A stretch of 64,000 nucleotides of DNA from Candidatus Bathyarchaeia archaeon (GCA_038883795.1 JAVZLK010000002.1:32001-96000), one strand, 5' to 3'; counted from the first letter of the stretch, positions 49,982 through 59,931 are shown. A program made the numbers and translations. The notes: generated from the letters alone by a model not told the origin.

Positions 49982-50677
49982 ATGCAACTTCATCTAAATT
50001 GGGATTCACGTGTCTCATCGAAGTTTCCAGAACTCTCCGTATGCATTGGCATCATCACTGGCGTGCGTGTGGAAAAGGAGAATGAGCAAATCAAAAACCT
50101 AAAAAGGAGTGTCTACGAGGAGGTTAGAGCCAAATATAACCTTGAAACGTTGAAGGATAATCCAGTGGTGAGAGCCTACAGAGATTTTTACTGGAAGCTT
50201 AACATAGACCCGACGAAGACGAGACCTTCTGGCGAAGCCTTACTGCGGAGAGTTTTGCATGGCGATGACCTGCCACGTATATCCACGGTTGTGGATGCAT
50301 ATAATTTGGCTTCTATGAAAACTATAATTCCCATAAGCGGATTCGACAAAGACCACATAAATCCGCCGTTTGAGGTTCGCTTTGCAAATAACGGTGAAAC
50401 TTTTACGGGTATAGGTATGAGCAAACCACTAGTTTTGGCGGATAATATGCTTGTTTTGGCTGATGAAAGGCAAGTTTTATGCATTTACCCCTACAGAGAC
50501 GCAGAGTATACAAAAATTACAGAAAAAACAAAAAATGTTGTGATAATAGGTTATGGCGCTCCAGGAATAGAAAGGAATCAACTTATCGAGGCTGTGGAAA
50601 CCACTCTCTCATACATTAAAGCTGTTTCTGGAGGCGAAATTCAAACCATAAGAGTTTTTAGTTCCACATCTAAATAG
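49982..50677 (+). CDS. Stand-alone B3/4 (PheRS editing-like) domain protein
   Basis: AYRDFYW...DPTKTRPSGEAL.RR...VDAYN. Confidence 0.88.
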   Translation: MQLHLNWDSRVSSKFPELSVCIGIITGVRVEKENEQIKNLKRSVYEEVRAKYNLETLKDNPVVRAYRDFYWKLNIDPTKTRPSGEALLRRVLHGDDLPRISTVVDAYNLASMKTIIPISGFDKDHINPPFEVRFANNGETFTGIGMSKPLVLADNMLVLADERQVLCIYPYRDAEYTKITEKTKNVVIIGYGAPGIERNQLIEAVETTLSYIKAVSGGEIQTIRVFSSTSK

Positions 50678-50693
50678 AGGATGGCGTCGCGAT

Positions 50694-51461
50694 ATGTCTT
50701 TCCGTGAAAAAATGGAAAAAAAAGCAAAAAACAAAAAATCTAATATCGTTTTGAATTTGGATTTTCCCTTTGAAAAACCAGAAAACCGCCAAAGCCTCTA
50801 TCAAAAGGCAAGTCATGTTCTTGAGGTGGTTTCGCCATACGTTTGTGCTGTAAAAATTAATCATCACCTGGTTCTACCACTGGGCGTTTTTGATGGTGTC
50901 CAGAAACTTGTAAAGAAGGCTCATGATTTTGGGCTCATGGCAATAATGGATTGTAAAGCAAATGATATTGGCTCAACAAACCAAGTCATTGCAGAATACT
51001 ATTATGCAGCTGGTTTTGACGCTCTAATAGCCAACCCCTTCATTGGATGGGAAGAAGGTTTAAAACCCATTTTTGACGTCGCCAAAAGGCTGGAGCGGGG
51101 CGTGATTCTTCTCGTTTATATGAGTCATAAAGGCGCAAGCGAAGGCTATGGACAGACTATTTATGACCCGGAAACTGGCGAAAAAACATTGCAGTATGTG
51201 GCATTTGCAAAAAAGGCCTCACGGTGGGGAGCCGATGGTGTTGTTGTCGGAGCCACATATCCTGAAAAAATAAGAGAAGTATACCAAATCTTGGGCGAAA
51301 AAACACCCATCTACTCGCCTGGAATCGGCGCCCAAGGAGGCGAAATAAAAGCCGCCTTGCAGGCTGGAGCCCGTTATCTTCTCGTGGGAAGAGCAATAAC
51401 GCTTGCTGAAGACCCAGCTGAAGCTGCTAAGGAAATTAGAAATCTTGCCATGCCAAAATAA
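50694..51461 (+). CDS. pyrF: Orotidine 5'-phosphate decarboxylase
   Basis: DCKANDIGST, VVGAT, PGIGAQGG, VGRAI. Confidence 0.9.
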   Translation: MSFREKMEKKAKNKKSNIVLNLDFPFEKPENRQSLYQKASHVLEVVSPYVCAVKINHHLVLPLGVFDGVQKLVKKAHDFGLMAIMDCKANDIGSTNQVIAEYYYAAGFDALIANPFIGWEEGLKPIFDVAKRLERGVILLVYMSHKGASEGYGQTIYDPETGEKTLQYVAFAKKASRWGADGVVVGATYPEKIREVYQILGEKTPIYSPGIGAQGGEIKAALQAGARYLLVGRAITLAEDPAEAAKEIRNLAMPK

Positions 51462-51469
51462 GCGCATTC

Positions 51470-51622
51470 TTATCTTTCGCGTCTTTCCCAAAGTTCCTTT
51501 TTTAGTAGGTCTCTGACGGCTGAGCGTATAGCTGCGCTTCTGCTTGGATACATATTCGCCCTAACAAGCTCGTCTAATCCTTCCAGATAGGCTTCGGGTA
51601 ACAATACTGTTACGAGTTTCAC
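51470..51622 (-). CDS. Ribbon-helix-helix (CopG / CdrS-like) regulator, absent from the ORF track
   Basis: Manual translation MKLVTVLLPEAYLEGLDELVRANMYPSRSAAIRSAVRDLLKKELWERRER; alternative in-frame ATG at 51640. Confidence 0.88.
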   Translation of the reverse strand: MKLVTVLLPEAYLEGLDELVRANMYPSRSAAIRSAVRDLLKKELWERRER

Positions 51623-51637
51623 TTTGTTTCCCCCTGA

Positions 51638-51657
51638 CATGTTATGCATATAACATG
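51638..51657. promoter_or_regulatory. Palindromic operator CATGTTAT-N4-ATAACATG
   Basis: Perfect 8-bp arms between a minus-strand TTTATATT box (51663-51670) and the RHH gene. Confidence 0.6.
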
Positions 51658-51692
51658 CTGCAAATATAAAATTTGACTATAAATCTGAACCT

Positions 51693-52025
51693 TTAGAGGT
51701 TTTCTCTCATGTTCCAAACTTCTTTAAGTGTGCTTTGGAATGTTTTGTAAACATCCTCAACATAAATGGTGCGGCGGCGTATTCCTTGTTGAATCATTCC
51801 TGCGGCGACTAGGGCTGAGCCTATTATGTCGCTTATTGTTGGGTCTGGGAAGGCTATGAGGGCTAAACCGATTTTTATTAGTTTTGAACTATTCCCTTTA
51901 TGCCACAAATTTTTTGTTGTTTTGGCTTCTTGAGTTGTTTCTTTCATGTTTTGCAATAGTTCCGCATAGCTTTCGTTCAATTCTTTTAAGGCGTCAGCCA
52001 AAGCTTTTGCATCTTCGATTTTCAT
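51693..52025 (-). CDS. Hypothetical protein
   Basis: Coiled-coil N-terminus and a hydrophobic hairpin; SD GGCGGTG before ATG 52025. Confidence 0.65.
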   Translation of the reverse strand: MKIEDAKALADALKELNESYAELLQNMKETTQEAKTTKNLWHKGNSSKLIKIGLALIAFPDPTISDIIGSALVAAGMIQQGIRRRTIYVEDVYKTFQSTLKEVWNMRENL

Positions 52026-52244
52026 TTTGACACCGCCTAACTTTTCTATTATAGAGATTCTGAAGCACAAAAACTTTAAATTGAATTATTACCTTAATTT
52101 GCTGCTTCTTTTTCTCAAAAAACACTTCAATTTTTAAATAATAATTTTGAAATTTGTTCTTTCATCTCGTATTTTTTATTGTTTTGTGGTAAACCATAAA
52201 TTGTGAAACAGCAAATCAGTTAGAACATGAAAGGGGATGTCCAA

Positions 52245-53447
52245 GTGGAGTCGTTTGAAGCGGAAAACTTTGTGAAAAATCAAATTGAGGAAATTAGAAA
52301 AAAGATTGGCAATGAAAAGGCTCTTGTTGCCGTTTCGGGCGGTGTTGACAGTTCGACATGCGCTGTGTTAACACATAAAGCCATAGGCGAAAACCTTGCC
52401 TGCGTAATCCTTGATGATGCTTTCATGCGGGAAGGCGAACCAGAACGCGTGGCAGAAATCTTGTCTAACCCTCCTTTGAATGTTCCAACAAAGGTTGTGG
52501 ATGTTCGTGAACGTTTTCTGCAAAACATGAAGGGTTTAAGGGATGCTGAAGAAAAACGTAAAAAATTCCGTGAAACCTTCTATCAGGTTCTGGGTGAAAC
52601 AGCAAAAAATGAAGGCTGCAAAATCCTCGTTCAGGGCACAATAAAGGCAGACATTGTCGAAACCGTTGGCGGCGTTAAAACTCAGCATAATGTTTTGGAG
52701 CAAATGGGCATAAACCCCATGGAACGTTACGGCTTCAAAGTCGTCGAACCCCTCGTATCGTTATACAAGCCCCAGGTGAGAATGGTGGCAAGATATCTCG
52801 GGTTGCCAGCCGAAATTTGTGAGAGGCAACCCTTCCCCGGGCCGGGCTTGTCTGTTCGTGTTGTTGGAGAAATTCGCCGTGAGAAGCTTGAAACTTTGAA
52901 GAAGGCTACAAAAATTGTTGAATGCGAATTGGAACAGCACAAGCCAAGCCAGTATTTTGCCGTAATCATTGACGATGAAGAGGAGTCAAAGCCTTCTGAG
53001 GTTAATCGCATCAAAGAAACTGTTGCAAGGCTTCTAAATGTTCCATCAAGAAATGTTGACGTGAAAATTTTCAGAGACAAAGCCACTGGAGTGGAGGGTG
53101 GAAAGCGACGTTATGGCGAAATTGTCGGAATTAAGGTTCAAACAATGAATGGAAGGGTCCATCAAGCATCTATTCTAAAAATTGTTTCCCTTCAAGCGAA
53201 AATTATTACTGAAAACCCTGCTGTGGCACGGGTTTTCTATGCTGTTAAAGATTTAGCCCAAAAGAAGCCTTATGTTGTTGGCATTCGCTCTGTTCAAACT
53301 GAAGATTTCTTAACCGCTAAAGTTTCAGAAATTCCTTGGGCGACATTGAATAAAATTGGTGACACTATCTTCAAAGAATGTGGCGATGTCTCAACGGTTT
53401 ATTATGATGTAACTCCAAAGCCGCCCGCCACCATTGAAATGGAATAA
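52245..53447 (+). CDS. guaAB: GMP synthase ATPPase subunit B, extended C-terminus
   Basis: SGGVDSS, QGTI, KTQHNV, RQPFPGPGL, YDVTPKPPATIE.E. Confidence 0.88.
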   Translation: MESFEAENFVKNQIEEIRKKIGNEKALVAVSGGVDSSTCAVLTHKAIGENLACVILDDAFMREGEPERVAEILSNPPLNVPTKVVDVRERFLQNMKGLRDAEEKRKKFRETFYQVLGETAKNEGCKILVQGTIKADIVETVGGVKTQHNVLEQMGINPMERYGFKVVEPLVSLYKPQVRMVARYLGLPAEICERQPFPGPGLSVRVVGEIRREKLETLKKATKIVECELEQHKPSQYFAVIIDDEEESKPSEVNRIKETVARLLNVPSRNVDVKIFRDKATGVEGGKRRYGEIVGIKVQTMNGRVHQASILKIVSLQAKIITENPAVARVFYAVKDLAQKKPYVVGIRSVQTEDFLTAKVSEIPWATLNKIGDTIFKECGDVSTVYYDVTPKPPATIEME

Positions 53448-53484
53448 CCTAAATAGCCAAGCTACACTATTTCTTGCGATTAAC

Positions 53485-53811
53485 ATGTTCCGTGTTAGAG
53501 TAAACAAAATAGAATCAATTCGGGATTTGGACGGCAACCTTGGAAAGCGTATAGAGTTGGTTGAAGAGCGGCAGATTCCCCGCTTTGTTGTTAGGCCGCA
53601 AAGCGAAGAGGCTAAAATGGTGCAAGAAGTTCTTCAGGCTGTGCAACAGCAATTGCCCCTTTTTCCAGCAAGAACAGAATTTGCAATTCCAAAAATAATA
53701 TTGTTTCTGACTGAGCAAGAATATGAGAGTTTGGGCATAGACTTTGATGTAAACCAAACTTATGAGATATGGCTTGAAAACCAGAACATACGATTTAAGA
53801 AAACAGCATAA
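53485..53811 (+). CDS. Arcadin-1-like protein
   Basis: MFRVRVNKIE..RD.DG..GKRIELVEE...PKIILFLTE.EYE.LG; recalled similarity only. Confidence 0.55.
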   Translation: MFRVRVNKIESIRDLDGNLGKRIELVEERQIPRFVVRPQSEEAKMVQEVLQAVQQQLPLFPARTEFAIPKIILFLTEQEYESLGIDFDVNQTYEIWLENQNIRFKKTA

Positions 53812-54130
53812 CCTCCTTCCTTATACGCCTCAAACCCGCATACTTGGGATGGAAGGATAAGACAAAAATCATGTTCCTCAAGGCATTAAAAATCTCTCTT
53901 TCATTTGCCTTCCCATCCTTATCACAATAAATTGGAACTGGTTCTTCGTCGCCATTCTTGTAATAAACATATATGGGCGTGAACTTCTCCCTTAACATGA
54001 TGACTTCAAAATTTGCCTTCAACACCTTCGCCATCTTTTCAGCCGCGGCCCTAATAAACCTCATACGCTTTTCATGTAATGTGGAATTTGAAGCGTAAAC
54101 CATTACCTTTCCACCAGAGTTCTCGAACAT
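53795..54130 (-). CDS. Conserved hypothetical protein
   Basis: PIYVYY...P.PIYCD...FVLSFHPK; start ATG 54130. Confidence 0.7.
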   Translation of the reverse strand: MFENSGGKVMVYASNSTLHEKRMRFIRAAAEKMAKVLKANFEVIMLREKFTPIYVYYKNGDEEPVPIYCDKDGKANEREIFNALRNMIFVLSFHPKYAGLRRIRKEVMLFS

Positions 54131-54270
54131 AGTAATTTCACCAAAATCCAAACCGCTTTCGACCTTTTTTAAAGCAAGCGTTACAACGACATTTGCCAAA
54201 AGTGGAGAGAGATGGGTTAAAGTGAAAACTCATAAACCTTCAAAACCATAAATTTTCAAGGCGATTTCCT

Positions 54271-54558
54271 ATGAAGGTTAGGGCGCACGTATTTGTAAGC
54301 GGCATGGTGCAAGGCGTCTTCTTCAGATCAGAAACCCAATACGAAGCCAAAAAACGAAATGTAACAGGCTGGGTTCGCAACCTACCAGACGGCAGAGTTG
54401 AAGCCGTTTTCGAAGGAGAAGAAGAAAAAGTTAAAGAACTCATAAACTTCTGCAAGCATGGACCGCCAGGCGCAAGAGTCACAAATGTGGATGTGCGTTG
54501 GGAAAATTATACGGGCGAGTTTAAGGATTTTGAAATAAGATATGGATACCGCTTCTAA
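54271..54558 (+). CDS. acyP: Acylphosphatase
   Basis: [26 protein letters not shown]. Confidence 0.95.
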   Translation: MKVRAHVFVSGMVQGVFFRSETQYEAKKRNVTGWVRNLPDGRVEAVFEGEEEKVKELINFCKHGPPGARVTNVDVRWENYTGEFKDFEIRYGYRF

Positions 54559-54625
54559 CATTCTTTTAAAATATCTAAAGTAGATAATATAATTCCAAAA
54601 TAGATAAGTTGCTTTTCAATTTTGG

Positions 54626-55039
54626 TTATGTTCTTTTTCTTGGCACTCTGAAATGGGATGCTTTTCCCGCGCTTATGTAGTCGCCTCCTATTCCTCGCAC
54701 TACTGAGGCTATTTTTGCGAAGTTTTCTGAACCCAAAAACTGTCGGGGCTTTATTATTATGTAATCTTCTTTTTCTTCAAAATTTAATAGATTCTCTAAT
54801 TCTTCTGGGAACATCATTTTTATGTCCTCTATTCCCTGTAATCTTTCTGAGGGTTTTGGCGTTATAGGCGTGGGCGTCGGTGTTGGAGTTGGAGATGGTG
54901 GCTGCGCCAAGTGGGAGATGGCTATGGATTTTAGGGCTGTTGAAACTTCCCTCAAATCTTCTGCGACTCTGTTTAAAACCACGAGAAGCTCGTCGATTCT
55001 TTCTACAAGCTTTTCGAGGATTCTCCTTTCTTCGCTCAT
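54626..55039 (-). CDS. Hypothetical protein: coiled coil, Pro/Thr linker, small C-terminal domain
   Basis: Heptad pattern, PPSPTPTPTPTP; start ATG 55039. Confidence 0.7.
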   Translation of the reverse strand: MSEERRILEKLVERIDELLVVLNRVAEDLREVSTALKSIAISHLAQPPSPTPTPTPTPITPKPSERLQGIEDIKMMFPEELENLLNFEEKEDYIIIKPRQFLGSENFAKIASVVRGIGGDYISAGKASHFRVPRKRT

Positions 55040-55138
55040 ACGTTTTTCCCTTTTCCAAATCTTAATACTATACGCATTTATTAATTGTTTTTCATCCTTT
55101 AATAAAGTAGCATAGAGGCATAAGGAGAAGCCGCGCAA

Positions 55139-56176
55139 GTGATTGAAATCGATGGAAGCCAGAAAAGTGGAAGCGGCACAATACTTAGGTTGTCCGTTGC
55201 CTTAGCCGCCATACTAGGCGAAGACCTTCACATTTACAACATTAGGCAAAAGAGACCGCAACCAGGCTTGCGACCCCAACATTTAGAAGCAGTTTTAACA
55301 GCCGCCAAACTCTGCGATGCAGAAGTGAAAGGCGCAGAGCTTAACTCCAGAGAGCTTTGGTTTAAACCAAAAAAGGTTAAGGGTGGAAGTTTTGAGGCGG
55401 AAATTGGCACTGCCGGGAGCATCCCAATGCTTTTGATGACTATTTTGCCCATATGCGCCTTTGCAGAAAACACCGTACACTTACATGTGTCAAGAGGTGG
55501 AACGGACGTTTCTAATTCGCCTACAATCAATTATATACGCTATGTGCTTTTGCCAACGCTTAAGCGAATGGGAGTGAATGCCTCTTTGATCGTTCATAAG
55601 TATGGCTATTATCCGAAAGGCATGGGAGAAGTAACCATAACCGTTGAGCCATGTAAGCATCTGAAACCTTTAGTTTTGAAAGATTTTGGCAAAATAAAAA
55701 CAATAAAAGGGGTTTCGGTTTGTACTTTCTTGGCGGATAGAAGGGTTGCTGAACGTCAAGCAAAAGCCTCAAATGAATATCTGAAGGAGAAAGGCTATTC
55801 AGCAGAAATTCAAATAATAAACGATGAGTCTAACCCTCTGCAAAAAGGAAGCTCCCTTGTCTTGTGGGCTGAAACGGACGCAGATGCAATTTTGGGTGCA
55901 GACGCCATAGGCGAATTAAGAAAAACAAGCGAAACTGTGGGACGGGAGGCTGCAGAAAAACTTTACGTGGAGGTTTCTGCTAAACCCACAGTGGATGTGC
56001 ATCTGGCTGATATGCTTGTGCCATATGTTGCTTTAGCTGATGGAGGTTCCGTATACTTTACACGGGCGCTTTCGGATCATTTGGAAACAAATATTTGGCT
56101 TGCAGAAAAAATCTTGAGTGTTAAATTCCACATTAACAAAGTTGGCGGGCTTTACAAAATTGAGAAGGTTGGCTGA
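55139..56176 (+). CDS. rtcA: RNA 3'-terminal phosphate cyclase
   Basis: IDGS..SGSG.ILR, RPQPGL.PQH, GYYPKG.GEV, D.HLAD, HLETN. Confidence 0.93.
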   Translation: MIEIDGSQKSGSGTILRLSVALAAILGEDLHIYNIRQKRPQPGLRPQHLEAVLTAAKLCDAEVKGAELNSRELWFKPKKVKGGSFEAEIGTAGSIPMLLMTILPICAFAENTVHLHVSRGGTDVSNSPTINYIRYVLLPTLKRMGVNASLIVHKYGYYPKGMGEVTITVEPCKHLKPLVLKDFGKIKTIKGVSVCTFLADRRVAERQAKASNEYLKEKGYSAEIQIINDESNPLQKGSSLVLWAETDADAILGADAIGELRKTSETVGREAAEKLYVEVSAKPTVDVHLADMLVPYVALADGGSVYFTRALSDHLETNIWLAEKILSVKFHINKVGGLYKIEKVG

Positions 56177-56195
56177 AGCGAAGGAGAATAAAATT

Positions 56196-57599
56196 TTGAA
56201 GGCAAATGTTAGGGGAATTTACACAACAGCCTTGACAAAACTGCTTTTAGACCACAATTTCGAAATAGTTAATCCTTCTTTAGCCATAAAGAGGCGCTTT
56301 GGGCTCCAGGATAATTTTGCTCCTCCAGACTTGAAAATTAAGGATAGATTTGATTTGCAAGGCGTAAGGGTTCTGGGAACCCTTGAAGCAGTAAACAAGT
56401 TTCATTCCATTTTACATTCTTACCTTGATGACGTTATAACTCGAATGTGGCTCGTTAGCGTTGATGGAATATACCGGGGAAATGTTGTGGTTTCAGATGA
56501 GTATGGCGTTTACATTGACATTGGTAATGGCATAGTTGGTCGGGTTCCAAAATCTGAGATTGCATACGCCAATGAAAAGCAATTAACGGTTCAGGTTGAA
56601 AGGAAAAGGATAGGAGCAAAACAGCCTCTTTTAACGACAAATTTGAAGATTGTTGGAAACTACGCCATCCTAGCCCAAAACAGCAAGGTCGGCGTAAGCC
56701 TAAAAATCCGAGATTTACACAAGCGAGCGGAACTTTATGCCCTTGGAAAGTCTCTGGCGCCTAATGGTTGGGGAATTATTTGGCGTGAAACATCCGCAAA
56801 CCAGCCGAAGGGAGTTTTGGAAAACGAGATAAGAATGCTTGCGAATAAAGTTGAAACGTTAAAAGAGAAAATGGCTTCATCGACGGAGGCTCCAGCGCTT
56901 TTAGTTGATGGCTTATATTTTATGGATGTGGAATTTCCATACTTTTCCAAAAAAGGCATGGATAGGCTGAGGGCTTCCGCAGTCACAACTCTGGATGGTC
57001 ACCATTTCTATAAGAGTTGTGGCGGAAGGGTTTCTTCGGCTTTGGAGATGGCTGAGCGGCTTTTAGAAGAAGGCGAAACGCGAGAGAATGTCGAAAAATC
57101 CTTTAGGAAGCAGATTCTTTATGAGTTTCCAGAAGCAGATTCCGTTGTAGATGTTGAGCATGTTAAGCTCAGCGGAATTGTTTTCCATCTTGGACAAGCA
57201 ACCATAGCAGCCCTAAACGATAAAGAGTTAAAGTTTAAGCGAACAATACAAAGCGACGGTTTCTATGATGGACTTGGCGTTAAAAAAGAAGCTGGCGATA
57301 CAGCCTTAAGCGAAACAAAACTTGGCGAATGGTACATCACAACAAAATATTTCTCTCCTAAAGGCGAGCTAAAAGGAATATACGTTAACCTGAACACGCC
57401 AGTGGAAGTTTATCCCAACGCCATACGTTATGTGGATTTGGAAGTTGATGTCTGCATCAAACCAGATGGCTCGTTTCAAGTTTTAGATGTGGAGAAACTT
57501 GAGAAAGCTTTGGAAAGAGGCTTCATAAGTAAAAGGCTTTTTGAAGTTGTTAAGGAAATGGCAAACGAAGTTGCGCATCAAAACTTTCCTTCTGAGTAA
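56196..57599 (+). CDS. Ribonuclease FAU-1 family (DUF402)
   Basis: VRGIY.TALTK, G..WR, GHH..K, YVN.NTPVE, RYVDLEVDV. Confidence 0.85.
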   Translation: MKANVRGIYTTALTKLLLDHNFEIVNPSLAIKRRFGLQDNFAPPDLKIKDRFDLQGVRVLGTLEAVNKFHSILHSYLDDVITRMWLVSVDGIYRGNVVVSDEYGVYIDIGNGIVGRVPKSEIAYANEKQLTVQVERKRIGAKQPLLTTNLKIVGNYAILAQNSKVGVSLKIRDLHKRAELYALGKSLAPNGWGIIWRETSANQPKGVLENEIRMLANKVETLKEKMASSTEAPALLVDGLYFMDVEFPYFSKKGMDRLRASAVTTLDGHHFYKSCGGRVSSALEMAERLLEEGETRENVEKSFRKQILYEFPEADSVVDVEHVKLSGIVFHLGQATIAALNDKELKFKRTIQSDGFYDGLGVKKEAGDTALSETKLGEWYITTKYFSPKGELKGIYVNLNTPVEVYPNAIRYVDLEVDVCIKPDGSFQVLDVEKLEKALERGFISKRLFEVVKEMANEVAHQNFPSE

Positions 57600-57695
57600 G
57601 AATTGGAATTAGAAGCCTCAATTATTAAGCTGCATCCTACATGCCAATTCATAACCTATAAGTTAGGAGTATGCTTCTTCTATTCACGATGCCTA

Positions 57696-57902
57696 ATGCA
57701 TGCTGACGTGGAAATTCTAACAGAAATTCCATGCTTCAAATGCCTGTTTTGGGAACCAATAAAACAAAGCAGCCTATATTGCAATCCAAATGAATGCCAA
57801 AAACTGACAGAATGGCTTATTAAAAACGCCGAAAACCCGCAACGAGACGAGGTTAGTTTAAAAGTCGTCTCTAAGGCTTTAATCAGCACAAAGAAAAAGT
57901 AA
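57696..57902 (+). CDS. Small 4-Cys protein resembling the C34/TFE-beta Fe-S domain
   Basis: IPCFKC...CNPNECQKLTEWL. Confidence 0.55.
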   Translation: MHADVEILTEIPCFKCLFWEPIKQSSLYCNPNECQKLTEWLIKNAENPQRDEVSLKVVSKALISTKKK

Positions 57903-57961
57903 ACTAATTTTTTGCTGAATAAGTTTATGTTGTTTCGCTGCAAAATTATAGTGAAAACCGT

Positions 57962-59041
57962 ATGGAAAATGTTGTTGGCAAGAAGTCTGTATGCTTAAAA
58001 GTTTGGAAAAACTTTGGCGAGAAAGCCATAATCTTAGTTACCAAACTCAGACTTGTTGATGAAGAACTGGAAATTAAAAGAGATGAAGCATTCATTTATG
58101 TCCCGCTTATCCGTCAACCTTCAGAGAGTGAGTTAAAAGCCTTAAGAGAGCAGCTTCCAAACTTTCAAATTTCAATCGATATTTTTTCAGAAAGAAAAAG
58201 GCGGGTAACGTTCACTGAACTGTTGGAGGATAGGCTTCCTCCTCATTTGTTGGCTAGTTTGCCAAGGGCTATAGATTTTGTTGGTGACATAGCCATAATT
58301 GAGATTCCTCCAGAACTTGAAGCCTATAAAACTTTGGTTGGTGAGGCAATTCTTAAAGCGCATGAAAATGTGGAGACTGTACTTGCCAAGGCTGGTGCGG
58401 TTTCTGGAACTTATCGTCTAAGAGAATTTGGCGTAATTGCTGGAAAACCCAAAACAGAAACAATTCACAAGGAGTATGGCTGCCAATTTTATGTGGACCT
58501 TTCAAAAGCCTACTTTTCCCCACGCCTATCTTATGAGCATAACAGAGTTGCATCATTGGTTGAGGAGGGCGAAACAGTTATAGACATGTTTGCTGGAGTT
58601 GGTCCATTCTCTATATTAATTGCAAAAAAACATGAGAATGTGAAAGTTTATGCCATAGACGTGAACCCTAACGCGGTGGAGTTTCTACAAAAAAATGTTA
58701 GGCTTAACAGGGTTGAAGGCAAAGTCCATCCAATTTTAGGCGATGCAAAACAGGTTGTTGAAGAAAAACTTTTTGGAATGGCAGACCGTGTGATTATGAA
58801 CTTGCCGGAAAAAGCCATAGAGTTCATAGATGTCGCATGTAAGGCAATAAAGCCCACGGGTGGCATAATCCACTTTTACACTTTTGTCAGCAGTTCTGAA
58901 TCTTTGGAAAATTTGAAACTTAAACTTATTGAGGCTGTTGAGAAGTGCGGAAGAAAAGTTGAGAAGGTTTTGTTTTCTCGTTTTGTTCGGGCAACAGCCC
59001 CCTATGAATGGCAAGCCGTTATAGACGCAAAAATTCTTTAA
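57962..59041 (+). CDS. trm5: Trm5 family tRNA G37 methyltransferase
   Basis: ETIHKEYG, YFSPRL, DMFAGVGPF, RVIMNLP. Confidence 0.9.
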   Translation: MENVVGKKSVCLKVWKNFGEKAIILVTKLRLVDEELEIKRDEAFIYVPLIRQPSESELKALREQLPNFQISIDIFSERKRRVTFTELLEDRLPPHLLASLPRAIDFVGDIAIIEIPPELEAYKTLVGEAILKAHENVETVLAKAGAVSGTYRLREFGVIAGKPKTETIHKEYGCQFYVDLSKAYFSPRLSYEHNRVASLVEEGETVIDMFAGVGPFSILIAKKHENVKVYAIDVNPNAVEFLQKNVRLNRVEGKVHPILGDAKQVVEEKLFGMADRVIMNLPEKAIEFIDVACKAIKPTGGIIHFYTFVSSSESLENLKLKLIEAVEKCGRKVEKVLFSRFVRATAPYEWQAVIDAKIL

Positions 59042-59463
59042 ACCCTTACCGTTAGCATTATTTTCACTTCTTGTTCTGGATTTTTCAGTTTCTCTATAAG
59101 ATGTCTTGATAAATCGATTGCTGCTTTATCTGCTTGGATTGCCAATGTTCGGCTACAAATGTAACCGCTCTTTCTTACAACCATGTCTGTTGAATGCGTT
59201 AAAATCAGCTTTGGGCTCCCAAAAGCATTCACAACATCAGCAACTTCTTCGGCTTCAATCAGCAAACTTATTTTAGCCTTTTCTCTACGTAAAATTTCCT
59301 TAAATTCAGCGCTCAAATCCGCCAAAGCCTTGTTAGCCGAAACAGCAATAATACAGTCTCCTTTTTTTGTTAGTCTTTCTTCTTTAGTTATTTCTAAAGT
59401 TGTTGGGTGGGTGGCTTGGATGTTTTTGTGTCCATATGCGAAAATAACTTCTCTTATTTCCAT
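59038..59463 (-). CDS. DUF371 family protein
   Basis: GH.NI.ATH.TTLEITKE..LT..GDCII, VVRKS, ADKAA.DL. Confidence 0.9.
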   Translation of the reverse strand: MEIREVIFAYGHKNIQATHPTTLEITKEERLTKKGDCIIAVSANKALADLSAEFKEILRREKAKISLLIEAEEVADVVNAFGSPKLILTHSTDMVVRKSGYICSRTLAIQADKAAIDLSRHLIEKLKNPEQEVKIMLTVRV

Positions 59464-59478
59464 AAAATGCCTCGAGGC

Positions 59479-59931
59479 TTATTTTAAAACAAGTTTCAGT
59501 ATAATTGCGTCATGCCCCTCTCCAAAGTAGTCTCTTCTAAATGCTGAAATACGAAAATTATGTTTGTAATAGAAGGGAATGGCGGAAGCACATTTATAGT
59601 GAACCTCAGCCAAGACCGCTTTCACTTTCTTCCTTTTTAGAGCTTTCAACTCTTTATTTAACAGCATTTTTCCTATTCCCTTCCCTTGAAATTCTTTGTC
59701 AACCACTATATCCTCAAGAACAGCCTCATCATTACACAAGTCCGCTTGCACATACCCAACAACTTTTCCATTATAGACAGCCACAAAAGACAAGTCTGGA
59801 TTTTCCTTCAATTCTTCCCGCAGATGTTTACTATACCTTTCCTTAGTTGCATGGGGATTCGCCAACATGGCAAGTTCTGAAATCACGGGTAGATCCTTTT
59901 CATGCATCTTTCTAATAACAACCTCGAACAT
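59479..59931 (-). CDS. GNAT N-acetyltransferase
   Basis: V..EFQGKGIG..LL, AIPFY...F. Confidence 0.88.
   Translation of the reverse strand: MFEVVIRKMHEKDLPVISELAMLANPHATKERYSKHLREELKENPDLSFVAVYNGKVVGYVQADLCNDEAVLEDIVVDKEFQGKGIGKMLLNKELKALKRKKVKAVLAEVHYKCASAIPFYYKHNFRISAFRRDYFGEGHDAIILKLVLK

Noticed and set aside
54865-54900. Short repetitive DNA
   Set aside because: Encodes a Pro/Thr linker; not a CRISPR or non-coding repeat.
55139-56176. rtcA as a dedicated partner of the pcm intron
   Set aside because: It is 7 kb away in a general RNA-processing cluster, and EndA already leaves 2',3'-cyclic phosphate ends.
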